Source: an uncultured Gammaproteobacteria bacterium (GTDB lineage: Bacteria > Patescibacteriota > Microgenomatia > JALYQM01). Taken from it: a stretch of 64,000 bases of DNA. Below are positions 50,183 to 59,514 of this stretch, in pieces. The notes under the pieces are model-generated. The model searched no databases. It was not told where the DNA came from and saw nothing but the letters and a program-made list of their open reading frames with translations. How positions within the stretch are numbered: the stretch's first letter is position 1; every line of letters begins with the position of its first letter. The translations under genes and the position numbers were made by a program. The stretch spans positions 960,826 through 1,024,825 of the forward strand of contig CAYOFQ010000001.1 of assembly GCA_964403585.1 (NCBI GenBank). Reading direction: 5' to 3'.

Positions 50183-50868
50183 TGGAACTGCAAGAAACTG
50201 ACCAATTTCCGGTAATTGAAACAGTTACCTATAAAGCCGACTCCCCAAATGGTTCCGGCACCAGCCTCGTCGACGTACTTAAACAAAAAGCACAATTCAA
50301 AGAAACAGATCCTAACAATGTCGAAATTCTATTCAAAGACGAAGATTCTGATACAGCCTTTACCGTAACTATACGCAGGAAACTGCCGCGAAAATTCAAA
50401 ATTGCACCGGCCCAACCTGGCAGCGGAATAATGTTCGATGCCGAGTATACGGATCAAAAGACGCTCTTTGCCAACACCGTATTAAGAACCACCGATGCCG
50501 AAGGTAACGTAATTAAATACCCGGGAATGCCATCGCTTACAGAGCTATTTGATGTATCGGTCAATTTCTTTACAATGCAGGGATACGAAATTAAAGCAAT
50601 CGAGGGAGCGTGGGATAAACACCCGTATAAAGTTGGTCCACACAAAAAACCGATCCCAAGTACCAATTACGACTTGTATCATAAAGCGAAAGACCAGGGT
50701 AAATCACCCAAAGAAGCAGCTTTGGAAACACCAACCGGAAAAGCAGCAGCAAGTCTGGGGTTTACCGAACCAAAAATAATTCACGACAACTTCGCGGGTG
50801 TAGGTGTGTTATTCTACAAACCTGATACACTCAACGAAGGAACAGCTATTTCCGACCACTTATCGTAA
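50182..50868 (+). CDS. Hypothetical protein (about 228 aa) immediately downstream of tRNA-Leu
   Basis: The tracked ORF starts at 50080 but overlaps the tRNA. The first ATG after the tRNA is at 50182. No family was recognized. Confidence 0.45.
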   Translation: MELQETDQFPVIETVTYKADSPNGSGTSLVDVLKQKAQFKETDPNNVEILFKDEDSDTAFTVTIRRKLPRKFKIAPAQPGSGIMFDAEYTDQKTLFANTVLRTTDAEGNVIKYPGMPSLTELFDVSVNFFTMQGYEIKAIEGAWDKHPYKVGPHKKPIPSTNYDLYHKAKDQGKSPKEAALETPTGKAAASLGFTEPKIIHDNFAGVGVLFYKPDTLNEGTAISDHLS

Positions 50869-50890
50869 TAGAGCTACAATAACCCCGAGC

Positions 50891-51760
50891 TTAATGTAGT
50901 GTATCAAGAAATTTCTTAATATAATCTTCCACACTTACCTCCGCCTTCCACCCCAGTTCTCCAAATGAACGACTTAAATCGATTGTCGCAGTCATCCGGT
51001 TGCCTTTTCGTTCCGGAAGAATTGTAATATCACCACCAAACAATTTAGCAATCTCCATAACCGTATAACTTGTTTCATTACCCAATCCATACTTGTCCCC
51101 CTGGCCTTTTTCTCCGACCAGCATTAACCCACGTACTATATCTCCAACATAGGTAAAGTTTCGTCGTTGGGTTCCAGGTGCAACAACAGTTAGAGGCTCC
51201 CCCTTCCGGCGTTTTTCTTTAAAGAGGGCAATCAAAGTGGCGTACTTACCTTCCGAAATCTCACGTGGACCAAAAACGTTATAAAAGTAAGTAATGGCGT
51301 AATGCAGTCCATACCACTCTCCATAATTCTGAACAAGCTCGGTGTTCCGGGCCTTAGTCCAGGCATAGGGGCTTTGATTGGATCCCAATCCACCATCACC
51401 AAACTTGGTGCTGGAACCTGCGTACACAATTTTTATAGTATGTTTACGACAATACTCCAGCACCGCAAACGTTCCATCAACATTCGACTCCCATACAAGC
51501 GGTAAATCTTCAAAACTTTGTTCAACACGGGAATATTCGCCCAGATGAAAAATGAGATCAGGAACAGCAGTAACCAGCGACGAAATATCTCTGGTTGAAC
51601 CTTTTATATACGTTGCTCCCGGAACATGATTGGATTCTTTACCGGTGAGATAGTTATCCAGAGAGTATACTTCGTGCCCCTCCTTCACCAGGGCTTCAAT
51701 TAAGTTAGATCCGACAAAACCTGCTCCACCGGTAACAAGTATTTTCTTTCTGTCTGTCAT
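50891..51760 (-). CDS. NAD-dependent nucleotide-sugar epimerase/dehydratase (extended SDR)
   Basis: It has a Rossmann GGAGFVGS and catalytic YAWTK (YxxxK). Confidence 0.8.
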   Translation of the reverse strand: MTDRKKILVTGGAGFVGSNLIEALVKEGHEVYSLDNYLTGKESNHVPGATYIKGSTRDISSLVTAVPDLIFHLGEYSRVEQSFEDLPLVWESNVDGTFAVLEYCRKHTIKIVYAGSSTKFGDGGLGSNQSPYAWTKARNTELVQNYGEWYGLHYAITYFYNVFGPREISEGKYATLIALFKEKRRKGEPLTVVAPGTQRRNFTYVGDIVRGLMLVGEKGQGDKYGLGNETSYTVMEIAKLFGGDITILPERKGNRMTATIDLSRSFGELGWKAEVSVEDYIKKFLDTLH

Positions 51761-51764
51761 AAAA

Positions 51765-53075
51765 TTATGTCACTTTCTTTTTATCTACACCATAAAATCT
51801 CTGACGGGCACCTTTAAATATCAGGTCAATATCCCCTACTGCACCGGCACGGTGTTTGGCAATTCCCAACTTTATAAATTCCGGCTGATCGGGATCTTCT
51901 TTATAAAGGAACATCACCACGTCGGCATCCTGTTCAATAGCACCCGATTCACGAAGATCGGATAACTGCGGTGCCTTTGAATTTCGCGACTCAACGGCAC
52001 GCGACAACTGAGATAATGCCAGTACCGGAATGCGTAACTCACGGGCAAGATTTTTCAACCCCTGTGATATTTCCGAAACTTCCTGTACACGATTATCGGT
52101 TGTTCGACCATGAACCAACTGCAAATAATCAACGATTAATAGTTTGAGGCCTTTTTCCATTTGCAAGCGCCGGGCCTTAGTGCGCATTTCCATTATCGAA
52201 ATACCCGGTGTGTCATCAATATATAACGGCGCTTCGGCTAATTCGCCCATCGCTTCCTGTAACTTTTCCCAATCCTCTTCTTCTAGCCGTCCAGTCTTAA
52301 TATTCCAGCCATCAACAAGCGACTGAATAGACAATAGACGGTCAGTTAATTCTTCTTTAGACATTTCCAAAGAAAAATAACCGACCGGGATTTTGTACCG
52401 AATCGCAGCATTCTGCGCGATGTTAAGGGAGAACGCGGTTTTACCGGTTCCGGGGCGAGCGGCCAATACAATCAGTGCCGAATCCTGTAACCCGGCTAAC
52501 TTATTATCCACATCACGAAAACCGGTCGGAACACCACGCAATTTACCTGAGTTCTTATGTAATTCGTCCAAACGGTCAAATGACTCCGCCAAGGTATCAC
52601 GAATCGGCACGAAATCACTATTAGTATGTTCCTGTGATAAATGGAAAACCAGTTGTTCGGCCTGATCAAGCACACTAGCCACATCACTGGTTGGCGACTG
52701 CGCCATCTCGGAAATCCGGCTAGCCGAAGAAATTAATTCACGCTTGGTAAAATGATCTTTAACAATTTTGGCATAGCGAACAACATTAGCCGCAGTCGGA
52801 ACAACCGACGCCAGCATGGCCAAATATGCACTACCACCCACCACATCATAGGCTTCACGTTTCCGTAGCTCTTCGGTCAAAGTTATAACGTCGATCGGCT
52901 CGCGGCGCTCATATAAGTCAATCATGCACGAATAAATAGTGCCGTGCTGTTCTTCACGATAAAAATGATGCGGTCGCAAAATTTCAGCTACTTCAACAAT
53001 AGCATCCGAAGAAAGCAATAACGCCCCGAGGACAGATTGCTCGGCTTCAATATTTTGTGGAGGAACATGTTCCAT
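51765..53075 (-). CDS. dnaB: Replicative DNA helicase DnaB
   Basis: It has an N-terminal DnaB domain, a Walker A (ARPGTGKT) and RecA-fold motifs. Confidence 0.9.
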   Translation of the reverse strand: MEHVPPQNIEAEQSVLGALLLSSDAIVEVAEILRPHHFYREEQHGTIYSCMIDLYERREPIDVITLTEELRKREAYDVVGGSAYLAMLASVVPTAANVVRYAKIVKDHFTKRELISSASRISEMAQSPTSDVASVLDQAEQLVFHLSQEHTNSDFVPIRDTLAESFDRLDELHKNSGKLRGVPTGFRDVDNKLAGLQDSALIVLAARPGTGKTAFSLNIAQNAAIRYKIPVGYFSLEMSKEELTDRLLSIQSLVDGWNIKTGRLEEEDWEKLQEAMGELAEAPLYIDDTPGISIMEMRTKARRLQMEKGLKLLIVDYLQLVHGRTTDNRVQEVSEISQGLKNLARELRIPVLALSQLSRAVESRNSKAPQLSDLRESGAIEQDADVVMFLYKEDPDQPEFIKLGIAKHRAGAVGDIDLIFKGARQRFYGVDKKKVT

Positions 53076-53077
53076 AG

Positions 53078-53710
53078 TTACATTTCGAGAACCACTACCT
53101 CTTCACCTTCCGGCACTTTATCTTTACTAATTGAATACTTAGGTAGCGGATCCACTTTGCCTTTTCCATACACTTTCAAAAATTCATCGAGCGTTCCAAG
53201 CGGCAACGCATCACTTATTTTATAGTGCATCGGTATTACGACATGTGGTTCAATCTGTGCAATAACTTTTACAGCCGCCGCTGCATCAATAGTATATACG
53301 CCACCCACCGGGATAAGCAAAATATCAACGTCACCAATTGCTTCAAGCTGAGCGGTATTTAATTCATGTCCAAGGTCACCAAGATGACATACGGTAACAC
53401 CATCAAGTTCGACAGTATAAACAATATTGGTTCCCCGCTCTTTACCATCCTTGGCATCATGAAAGGTCTGAATGCCGTGTACTGTTACACCTTTTACTTC
53501 ATATTCACCCGGCCCTTCAATCACAAACGGCTCACCTTCAACGGCTTCCTTATTGTTATGATCTTCATGCTGATGAGAAATCGCCAGTATATCTCCTGAC
53601 ACCCGTAATTTTTTCATCCCCACCTTTTCCGGTTCATACGGATCAATTACAACTGACGCATTTTTACCTTTAAGTTTAAAGCATGATTGCCCATACCAAT
53701 TAATATCCAT
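53078..53710 (-). CDS. Metallo-beta-lactamase fold hydrolase (UPF0173-like)
   Basis: It has an HxHxDH motif (ISHQHEDH). Confidence 0.7.
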   Translation of the reverse strand: MDINWYGQSCFKLKGKNASVVIDPYEPEKVGMKKLRVSGDILAISHQHEDHNNKEAVEGEPFVIEGPGEYEVKGVTVHGIQTFHDAKDGKERGTNIVYTVELDGVTVCHLGDLGHELNTAQLEAIGDVDILLIPVGGVYTIDAAAAVKVIAQIEPHVVIPMHYKISDALPLGTLDEFLKVYGKGKVDPLPKYSISKDKVPEGEEVVVLEM

Positions 53711-53776
53711 AGCGGCTCCTTTTCCTTGTAAGTTATATCAATTGTCTTTTCTCTTTATACCTTTTCCTTGTAAACT

Positions 53777-53805
53777 TGACAACATCAGTACTTCACCGTA
53801 CTATG
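53777..53805 (+). promoter_or_regulatory. Sigma70-like promoter (TTGACA-17-TACTAT) for the plus-strand secreted-protein operon. The divergent region has 14 bp direct repeats.
   Basis: There is a TTGACA at 53777-53782 and a TACTAT at 53800-53805. The repeat ccttttccttgtaa occurs twice (about 53716 and 53760), and the second copy abuts the -35. Confidence 0.45.
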
Positions 53806-53840
53806 TGACTAATCAAAATAAATGGATATAAGGAGATAGT

Positions 53841-54314
53841 ATGAATGACAGACAGGGTGTCCCCCCGTACGTTATCTACATCGGCATTTTTATCGTGGTC
53901 TTTGTAGTAGCACTTGGTGTTTTCCTCTTTACTTCACAGTCAAAAACCAAAGAATTTAACCTGGAAGCAACTCAATATAAAGCTCCTACACAGGTTGATC
54001 AGGCCGACGCTGCAACCGGCTCAGCTTCCCCTGCCGCACAGGAATCAAATCTTAAACTTACCGTTGCATCCCCCGAAGACAATGCCTACGTCAATACTAA
54101 CTCTATAAAAATTGCCGGCGCAACCAAAACCGGGACAACGGTAACAATAACCGGTGGAGCTAAAGATATCGCCAGCGATACTAACAGTGACGGTTCATTT
54201 GCACTGGATGTACCCCTTAAAGAAGGCGAAAATAATTTAACAATTACTGTTTTTGATCAATCGGGACAACAGAAGAGCATTAACAAGACCGTCTATTCGA
54301 TCGTGGAGGGATAA
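53841..54314 (+). CDS. Membrane-anchored hypothetical protein with a predicted Ig-like ectodomain
   Basis: It has an N-terminal TM (YVIYIGIFIVVFVVALGVFLF) and a Thr/Gly-rich beta-type domain. Confidence 0.5.
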   Translation: MNDRQGVPPYVIYIGIFIVVFVVALGVFLFTSQSKTKEFNLEATQYKAPTQVDQADAATGSASPAAQESNLKLTVASPEDNAYVNTNSIKIAGATKTGTTVTITGGAKDIASDTNSDGSFALDVPLKEGENNLTITVFDQSGQQKSINKTVYSIVEG

Positions 54315-55190
54315 ATGAAAAAGTACTATTCTATTGGATTAACTATTTTATTTTTCAGTATTGTCACATCGGTAATCTCACCAACTGTAGCGATACAAGG
54401 TAACGCTGCCTCACCAAGTCCAAGTGCCCTTCCCGAAGAAGATTTCAGCAGTGACACTCCAAAACCAACTAACACTCCTGTAGCACGCGGGCTCACCAGA
54501 AACGCCTCAGCGTCGGCCAGCCCCCAGGCACAAACAAGTGGTAAAACTATAGTATATAAAGGTGAAGTAACCGCCACGCCAAGTGCAGTCGGAAAATTTA
54601 TTGTCAGTACTGCCGACGGTCAAAAAAATGTTGACACCGATAAATCAACAAAAGTTTGGATCTTTGATAAAGGCCAAAAGACAGTCTCCACCGTATCAAA
54701 GATAAAAATGGGTGATTCGGTAGCAGCAATTGGCCAAATGACCAGTGATAATAAAGCTCTCCTGGCACGTTTCGTCCTGGTGATGAGAAATCAGCCGCAG
54801 GAAAAACCACGGAGCGCAATGTACGGCGTAGTTTCCAATCGTGAAGCTTCAGGATCAGCGGCATTTGTGCTTGAAATTAAGAGTCCGAATAAAGATGACA
54901 AAAATAACTATCTTGTAAACGCAGAGACTACGGTAAAAGTCAAAGATAATGAAGCTCCCAAACTCAGCGATATCAAAATTGGTGATCGCGTGACCTTCAC
55001 TTACTACAAAGACGATAAAACAAATGAGAACGTTATAACACGGATCTTTGTTATACCAGGTCGTGCCGCCGGTTTATTAAAAGATATTCGAGATGCATCT
55101 GCCGCAGCTGAAAAACAAAATCAGGACGAAGAAAAACTCAAATCCACTGCCAAGCCCACATCCTCACCTAAAAACGGGACAAATAGATAG
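54315..55190 (+). CDS. Secreted hypothetical protein with an internal duplication
   Basis: It has a signal peptide and two similar modules of about 80 aa (VSTADGQK...VLVMRNQ and VSNREASG...RIFVIPG). Confidence 0.5.
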   Translation: MKKYYSIGLTILFFSIVTSVISPTVAIQGNAASPSPSALPEEDFSSDTPKPTNTPVARGLTRNASASASPQAQTSGKTIVYKGEVTATPSAVGKFIVSTADGQKNVDTDKSTKVWIFDKGQKTVSTVSKIKMGDSVAAIGQMTSDNKALLARFVLVMRNQPQEKPRSAMYGVVSNREASGSAAFVLEIKSPNKDDKNNYLVNAETTVKVKDNEAPKLSDIKIGDRVTFTYYKDDKTNENVITRIFVIPGRAAGLLKDIRDASAAAEKQNQDEEKLKSTAKPTSSPKNGTNR

Positions 55191-55207
55191 TACGTGGATG
55201 AAAGCTT

Positions 55208-56026
55208 ATGCAGATTAACAATGCCCATTATTCGGTGTATATTTATGACGGCCACGGACATTCTAATGCCAGTGACGGACTGCATAGTCCCGAACAGATA
55301 GTCGACATGGCGATGCGCAAAGGTCTGCAGATTATCGGACTTTCCGATCATAATGTTGTGGTAAACATCCCGCGCTTCCTGGATTATACGGACAAGATCA
55401 ATCAGCACAAAATGACCATACTGCCAATTGCCGGTGTCGAATTAAGCACTACACAGGGAGATTTACTTGTCACCATCCCCGACCGCCATCATCTCGACAA
55501 TTTCCTGACACACTATAAAAAACCTCAACGCCGACCAAGCCCGTCAGAATTAATCGAAGAATACATTGATAATTACAACGCTATTATCATATTCCCGCAC
55601 CCTGAGATTGCTCACCATAAAGGTATCAGTTTAGAGTATATTGAACAGGTATTAGTCAAAATTCCTCAGCGGTATCATAAAAATATTGGGATCGAGGTCT
55701 ATAATTGGATGTGTCAGGCTTTTTTTTGGAAGCGGGCCAAACAGGAACGGGGTATTCATACCCATAATCAGATCCTCAAACTGGCACCATTCTCCTTCAC
55801 CGATTATCACGCCGCCTACCACGTCGGCAACGGAAATACCGCAGTCTATATGTCCGAACTATCAACAGAAGCCTATATCGATGCCGTCCAGCACCGGCGA
55901 ACAGCACCCCACAACACCAGTAACCGGGGGCTCAGTGAATATATGCAAATAGTTAAGGCTGCCGTAATTGCGGAAAGCCTCACCAGGTTCGGAAATCGAC
56001 ACTTCAGGGTTCCTAAATCTAAATAA
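55208..56026 (+). CDS. PHP-domain phosphoesterase
   Basis: It has PHP motifs (HGHSNASDG, GLSDHN, FPHPEIAHH). Confidence 0.7.
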   Translation: MQINNAHYSVYIYDGHGHSNASDGLHSPEQIVDMAMRKGLQIIGLSDHNVVVNIPRFLDYTDKINQHKMTILPIAGVELSTTQGDLLVTIPDRHHLDNFLTHYKKPQRRPSPSELIEEYIDNYNAIIIFPHPEIAHHKGISLEYIEQVLVKIPQRYHKNIGIEVYNWMCQAFFWKRAKQERGIHTHNQILKLAPFSFTDYHAAYHVGNGNTAVYMSELSTEAYIDAVQHRRTAPHNTSNRGLSEYMQIVKAAVIAESLTRFGNRHFRVPKSK

Positions 56027-56072
56027 TACATACCTTGCATTACAAGGAGAAAGTTCGGTACAATTATAGCGT

Positions 56073-56666
56073 ATGAAATCATATTTTTACGATTTGTTAA
56101 TGTTTGTTCTGGACATCACACAGACCTTTATTGTTGCATTCGCTTTTTTCCTGATAATTTACGGATTTGTCGTTCAACCTCATAAAGTTTCCGGACAGTC
56201 AATGATGTCTACACTGAAAGATGGTGAGCTTATCTTAACCAACAAAATAGTCTACCGCACCAAACAACCGGTACGGGGTGACGTTATTACTTTCAAGGCT
56301 CCGGTTGACCCAAAGAAAGACTATATTAAAAGGATAATCGGCCTACCGGGAGAAAAGCTGGAAATAGCCCATAACACAGTTAAAATCTATAACCAGAGAC
56401 ATCCTGACGGCTTTATACTGAAGGAAGATTATCTTGATACCACACAAATTACGGAGGCAGGTGTGTACTTTACCGAAGGCGAAGCCAAAATAATTCCTGA
56501 GGGCGAGTACATGGTCATGGGTGACAATCGGTTAAATTCATACGATTCGCGCGCCTGGGGAACATTGAAGAAAAATGCGATTATCGGCAGAGCCTGGTTC
56601 GTGTACTGGCCTTTCAGCCGCTTAGGATTTGATCCCGAACACCGCTATCCGGAAGAGATGCAATAG
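56073..56666 (+). CDS. lepB: Signal peptidase I
   Basis: It has S26 boxes (GQSMMSTL with the catalytic Ser, KRIIGLPGE, GDNRLNSYDSR). Confidence 0.85.
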   Translation: MKSYFYDLLMFVLDITQTFIVAFAFFLIIYGFVVQPHKVSGQSMMSTLKDGELILTNKIVYRTKQPVRGDVITFKAPVDPKKDYIKRIIGLPGEKLEIAHNTVKIYNQRHPDGFILKEDYLDTTQITEAGVYFTEGEAKIIPEGEYMVMGDNRLNSYDSRAWGTLKKNAIIGRAWFVYWPFSRLGFDPEHRYPEEMQ

Positions 56667-56680
56667 TAACAGCGAGGTTT

Positions 56681-56837
56681 AGAACTTTGTCTAGCGAGGA
56701 CGTCCGCTTGGTGAGCCATAGACGAGCTGTTAAAACGCGAGCGAAGGCGAACTGCAAGCTATTCGATAATACAAAAGTACGCGAGCACATAACCTCTAAG
56801 GTTGAAAGGCATGAGCTTCCGCAGCAGACAAAGTTTC
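56681..56837 (+). repeat. Copy B of the structured repeat family, between convergent lepB and parB
   Basis: It has the same block order as copy A: AGCGAGG - CGTCCGCTTGG - variable region of about 100 nt - GAGCTTCCGCAGC. Its own complementary terminal arms are gaactttgtct / agacaaagttt. Confidence 0.5.
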
Positions 56838-56850
56838 AACCGAGCGAAAT

Positions 56851-57714
56851 TTATTTCTCTTCGTACAGCTCTTCAGGATCCTGGCCGGTCAACGCCTCAT
56901 ACATTTTATCAAGAATAGGATTCGTTTCCGACATCGTACCATTGATCATAATCACTATTTTTGCCTGAACACGCGACTGGGTAATCTTAACACGCGACAT
57001 TAAGACACGACTTAGCCCTTTCTGCATTTTATCCAGGCGCGGACTTACAGTGAGATGCGATATGGACTCGGTCGGCTGTTTCTCAAACGGATTAACCTTC
57101 TTTTTCTTTTCCGATTCAAACCGGTAATTGCGAACCAATTCCTCAGTCCCGCGGACAGAAAGATTATTCCGCAAAACCACTTTGTATGCCTCTACCATTA
57201 AACGTGAGTCACCAAGCGCCGATAAAGCACGTACATGACCTTCGGAAGTCGCATTGGACAATAAACCGTCCTTTAACGCATCCGGGAGTTGCAGTAATCT
57301 GAGCGTATTGGAGATATAAGAAGGACTCTTCCCTACTTTCTGGGCAACCTCCTGATTTGTTAATCCAAACTCATTCATCAAGCGATAATATGCCTGTGCC
57401 CGCTCCAGAGGGTTAAGATCAATGCGCTGTACATTTTCGACAATCGCCATTTCCAACATTCCTTGCGGAGTGGTTTCTTTAATCACCACCGGGACTTTGG
57501 TCAAACCGGCAGCTTTGGATGCCCTCCAGCGACGTTCACCGGCAATAATTTGGTACCCCGCCGGAGTATGAGCAACAACAATCGGCTCCATAATGCCATG
57601 CTCACGAATCGAATCAATCAATTCAACCAGTGTTTCTGGGGAGATAACTCCACGGGGTTGCAAGGGGTTCGGTTGCAACAAATCAATATCAAGCACCACC
57701 ATCTGATCAGCCAT
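56851..57714 (-). CDS. parB: Chromosome partitioning protein ParB/Spo0J
   Basis: It has a ParB N-domain (GERRWRASKAAGL) and an HTH. Confidence 0.88.
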   Translation of the reverse strand: MADQMVVLDIDLLQPNPLQPRGVISPETLVELIDSIREHGIMEPIVVAHTPAGYQIIAGERRWRASKAAGLTKVPVVIKETTPQGMLEMAIVENVQRIDLNPLERAQAYYRLMNEFGLTNQEVAQKVGKSPSYISNTLRLLQLPDALKDGLLSNATSEGHVRALSALGDSRLMVEAYKVVLRNNLSVRGTEELVRNYRFESEKKKKVNPFEKQPTESISHLTVSPRLDKMQKGLSRVLMSRVKITQSRVQAKIVIMINGTMSETNPILDKMYEALTGQDPEELYEEK

Positions 57715-57811
57715 GCGGAAACTCCTTTAAGTATTTTATATCTTGTTGACGTCCCGGGTTAATAATTACCTGGAACGGAAACTCCTTTGATTTTGACTCT
57801 AACTACAACTT

Positions 57812-57839
57812 AGTATATCAGGAAAAATAGGACTTGCAA
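57812..57839 (-). promoter_or_regulatory. Candidate parB promoter (TTGCAA-16-TATACT)
   Basis: The minus strand reads ttgcaagtcctatttttcctgatatact, about 100 nt upstream of the parB ATG. Confidence 0.45.
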
Positions 57840-57866
57840 TCGTGAAAATGTGGAAAATATCCAATA

Positions 57867-57897
57867 CAAAAAAAATCCCCCATTTCTGGAGGATTTA
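57867..57897 (-). terminator. Rho-independent terminator after rpmA
   Basis: The minus strand reads aaatcctccagaaatgggggatt followed by TTTTTTTT. Confidence 0.7.
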
Positions 57898-57917
57898 ATT
57901 GATTTACTGCTCAAGAA

Positions 57918-58169
57918 TTAGGCATTAACTACTGAAACTACCGACTTACCAAAACGCTTACCATATTTTACAACTCCGTCTACTTTAGCATGAATTGTAA
58001 AATCGTTGCCGTAATACGTGTTTGGTCCGGCTACATAACGGGTACCCCGCTGACGGATTAAAATATTTCCGGCAAGAGCTTTCTCTCCGGCATACATTTT
58101 CACGCCAAGTCTTTTCGAAATGGAATCCTTGTTACCTTTTGTTGTTTTACCGGCTTTAATATGTGCCAT
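57918..58169 (-). CDS. rpmA: 50S ribosomal protein L27 (no N-terminal pro-peptide)
   Basis: The start is MAHIKAGKTTKGNKDSISKRLGVK. Confidence 0.92.
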   Translation of the reverse strand: MAHIKAGKTTKGNKDSISKRLGVKMYAGEKALAGNILIRQRGTRYVAGPNTYYGNDFTIHAKVDGVVKYGKRFGKSVVSVVNA

Positions 58170-58243
58170 TCGGAAACTCCTTTATCTACTATAAATCTTG
58201 TTGACGTCCCAGACTATGGAATACCTGGGAAATACACCTATTT

Positions 58244-59497
58244 TTACTTCTTCTTTAAAATACCGATTCTTCTCCCTACCAACGCTTTTTCCCGCTTATA
58301 GAGGATCGGTTGTCGAACACTAGTATAGCCAAAACGCTCACAATTGTCAATAATCCCTACCCGAAAGCTTTTTCCATGCATAAAGTACTCCGGTTCAGCA
58401 AAAACAAGTATCCCTTTGTCATCCAAAACCGTATGAAATGACTTTAGTGAACCAATATACAGCTTCTCAAGGCCTTTAATAATACGGTCAATTTTACCGG
58501 GTGTAGGCTCTTCAGTGAACGCCGGACCTAAATATGGCTCAGTAACAATTAGATCAACCGACTTTGGCTGTAAAATTTTGTCAACATGCGCCGAATCAGA
58601 CTGGACAACACGAACAGACTCTTTCGCAATTTGAGCCTCTTTAAAAGGCAAAAATGCGGATTCACGCCCGTCTTGAGCACGATATACAGCTGAGTTAAGC
58701 AGCCATTCAACGTTTGCCAGGGTGTCCTGCACGGCTTTTTCCGAGTTGTCTGACCCACCGGTACGACAACCTAAACGCAGGCTTTCGGTCAGAATCGTCC
58801 CACTCCCGCAAAACGGATCATAAATTAAGGGCGCTTCATCGTTACGGGCAACCGAGTAATACGCTCCTAAGCCTGCATGGATCATCATGCGGGCCACTTT
58901 TGGCGGCAACATGCCGGATTTCGGATCTCTCGAAGGACGCCCGAAATCAACTTTAGACCATTCCTCAAACGGCTGGACGGCCTTGGTAAGTCCAATTATC
59001 AGCGAATCCCGGGAATACACCAGAACTAACTCCGCACCTTTTTCACTTACCAAATGGTATTTATCCAGCTGAACAGACGATAATTCCTGCCCGTCGGGTA
59101 ACACAAACTCCGATGAACGCCCCTCGTCACTTAATGCCGACTTCACTGCTTTGTGCAGATTAATCGACGAAAAAGTATGTGTTTTTGAGCCGTATATGCT
59201 AATTCCAAAGGCAAATTTCTTGCCCTCGGGAAAGCGGTTTTTCAAAAGTGAGGCAAGCTTGAATACGATTTGCTCTTCGGAAGAATCGGCATTCATCCAA
59301 TCGACAACAGCACCCGCTTTAACCATGCCGGCCGAGGTGGCAAGAAGTTCCTGCATCGGAACCTCCTGCTCGGTAGAGCAAATAACCACCGGTCCTGTCT
59401 CAAATTCATTTTGCGGCTGGAAACGGGAAATAAGCGCGTTATATTCCGCTCGACACAAATCAAGCGAACGCCCTAAGACAAAGAAATAATCATGCAT
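58244..59497 (-). CDS. Putative RNA methyltransferase (THUMP-like N-terminal region plus a class I SAM-dependent MTase domain)
   Basis: SAM motif I is present (DPFCGSGTI). There is a TEPY motif in place of D/NPPY. The gene lies between rplU and rpmA. Confidence 0.55.
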   Translation of the reverse strand: MHDYFFVLGRSLDLCRAEYNALISRFQPQNEFETGPVVICSTEQEVPMQELLATSAGMVKAGAVVDWMNADSSEEQIVFKLASLLKNRFPEGKKFAFGISIYGSKTHTFSSINLHKAVKSALSDEGRSSEFVLPDGQELSSVQLDKYHLVSEKGAELVLVYSRDSLIIGLTKAVQPFEEWSKVDFGRPSRDPKSGMLPPKVARMMIHAGLGAYYSVARNDEAPLIYDPFCGSGTILTESLRLGCRTGGSDNSEKAVQDTLANVEWLLNSAVYRAQDGRESAFLPFKEAQIAKESVRVVQSDSAHVDKILQPKSVDLIVTEPYLGPAFTEEPTPGKIDRIIKGLEKLYIGSLKSFHTVLDDKGILVFAEPEYFMHGKSFRVGIIDNCERFGYTSVRQPILYKREKALVGRRIGILKKK

Positions 59498-59514
59498 AGA
59501 GAGATTGTACCAGA

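Noticed and set aside
56687-56968. Plus-strand 93 aa ORF spanning repeat copy B and the parB 3' end
   Set aside because: It overlaps parB antisense and the non-coding repeat element. It is more likely spurious.
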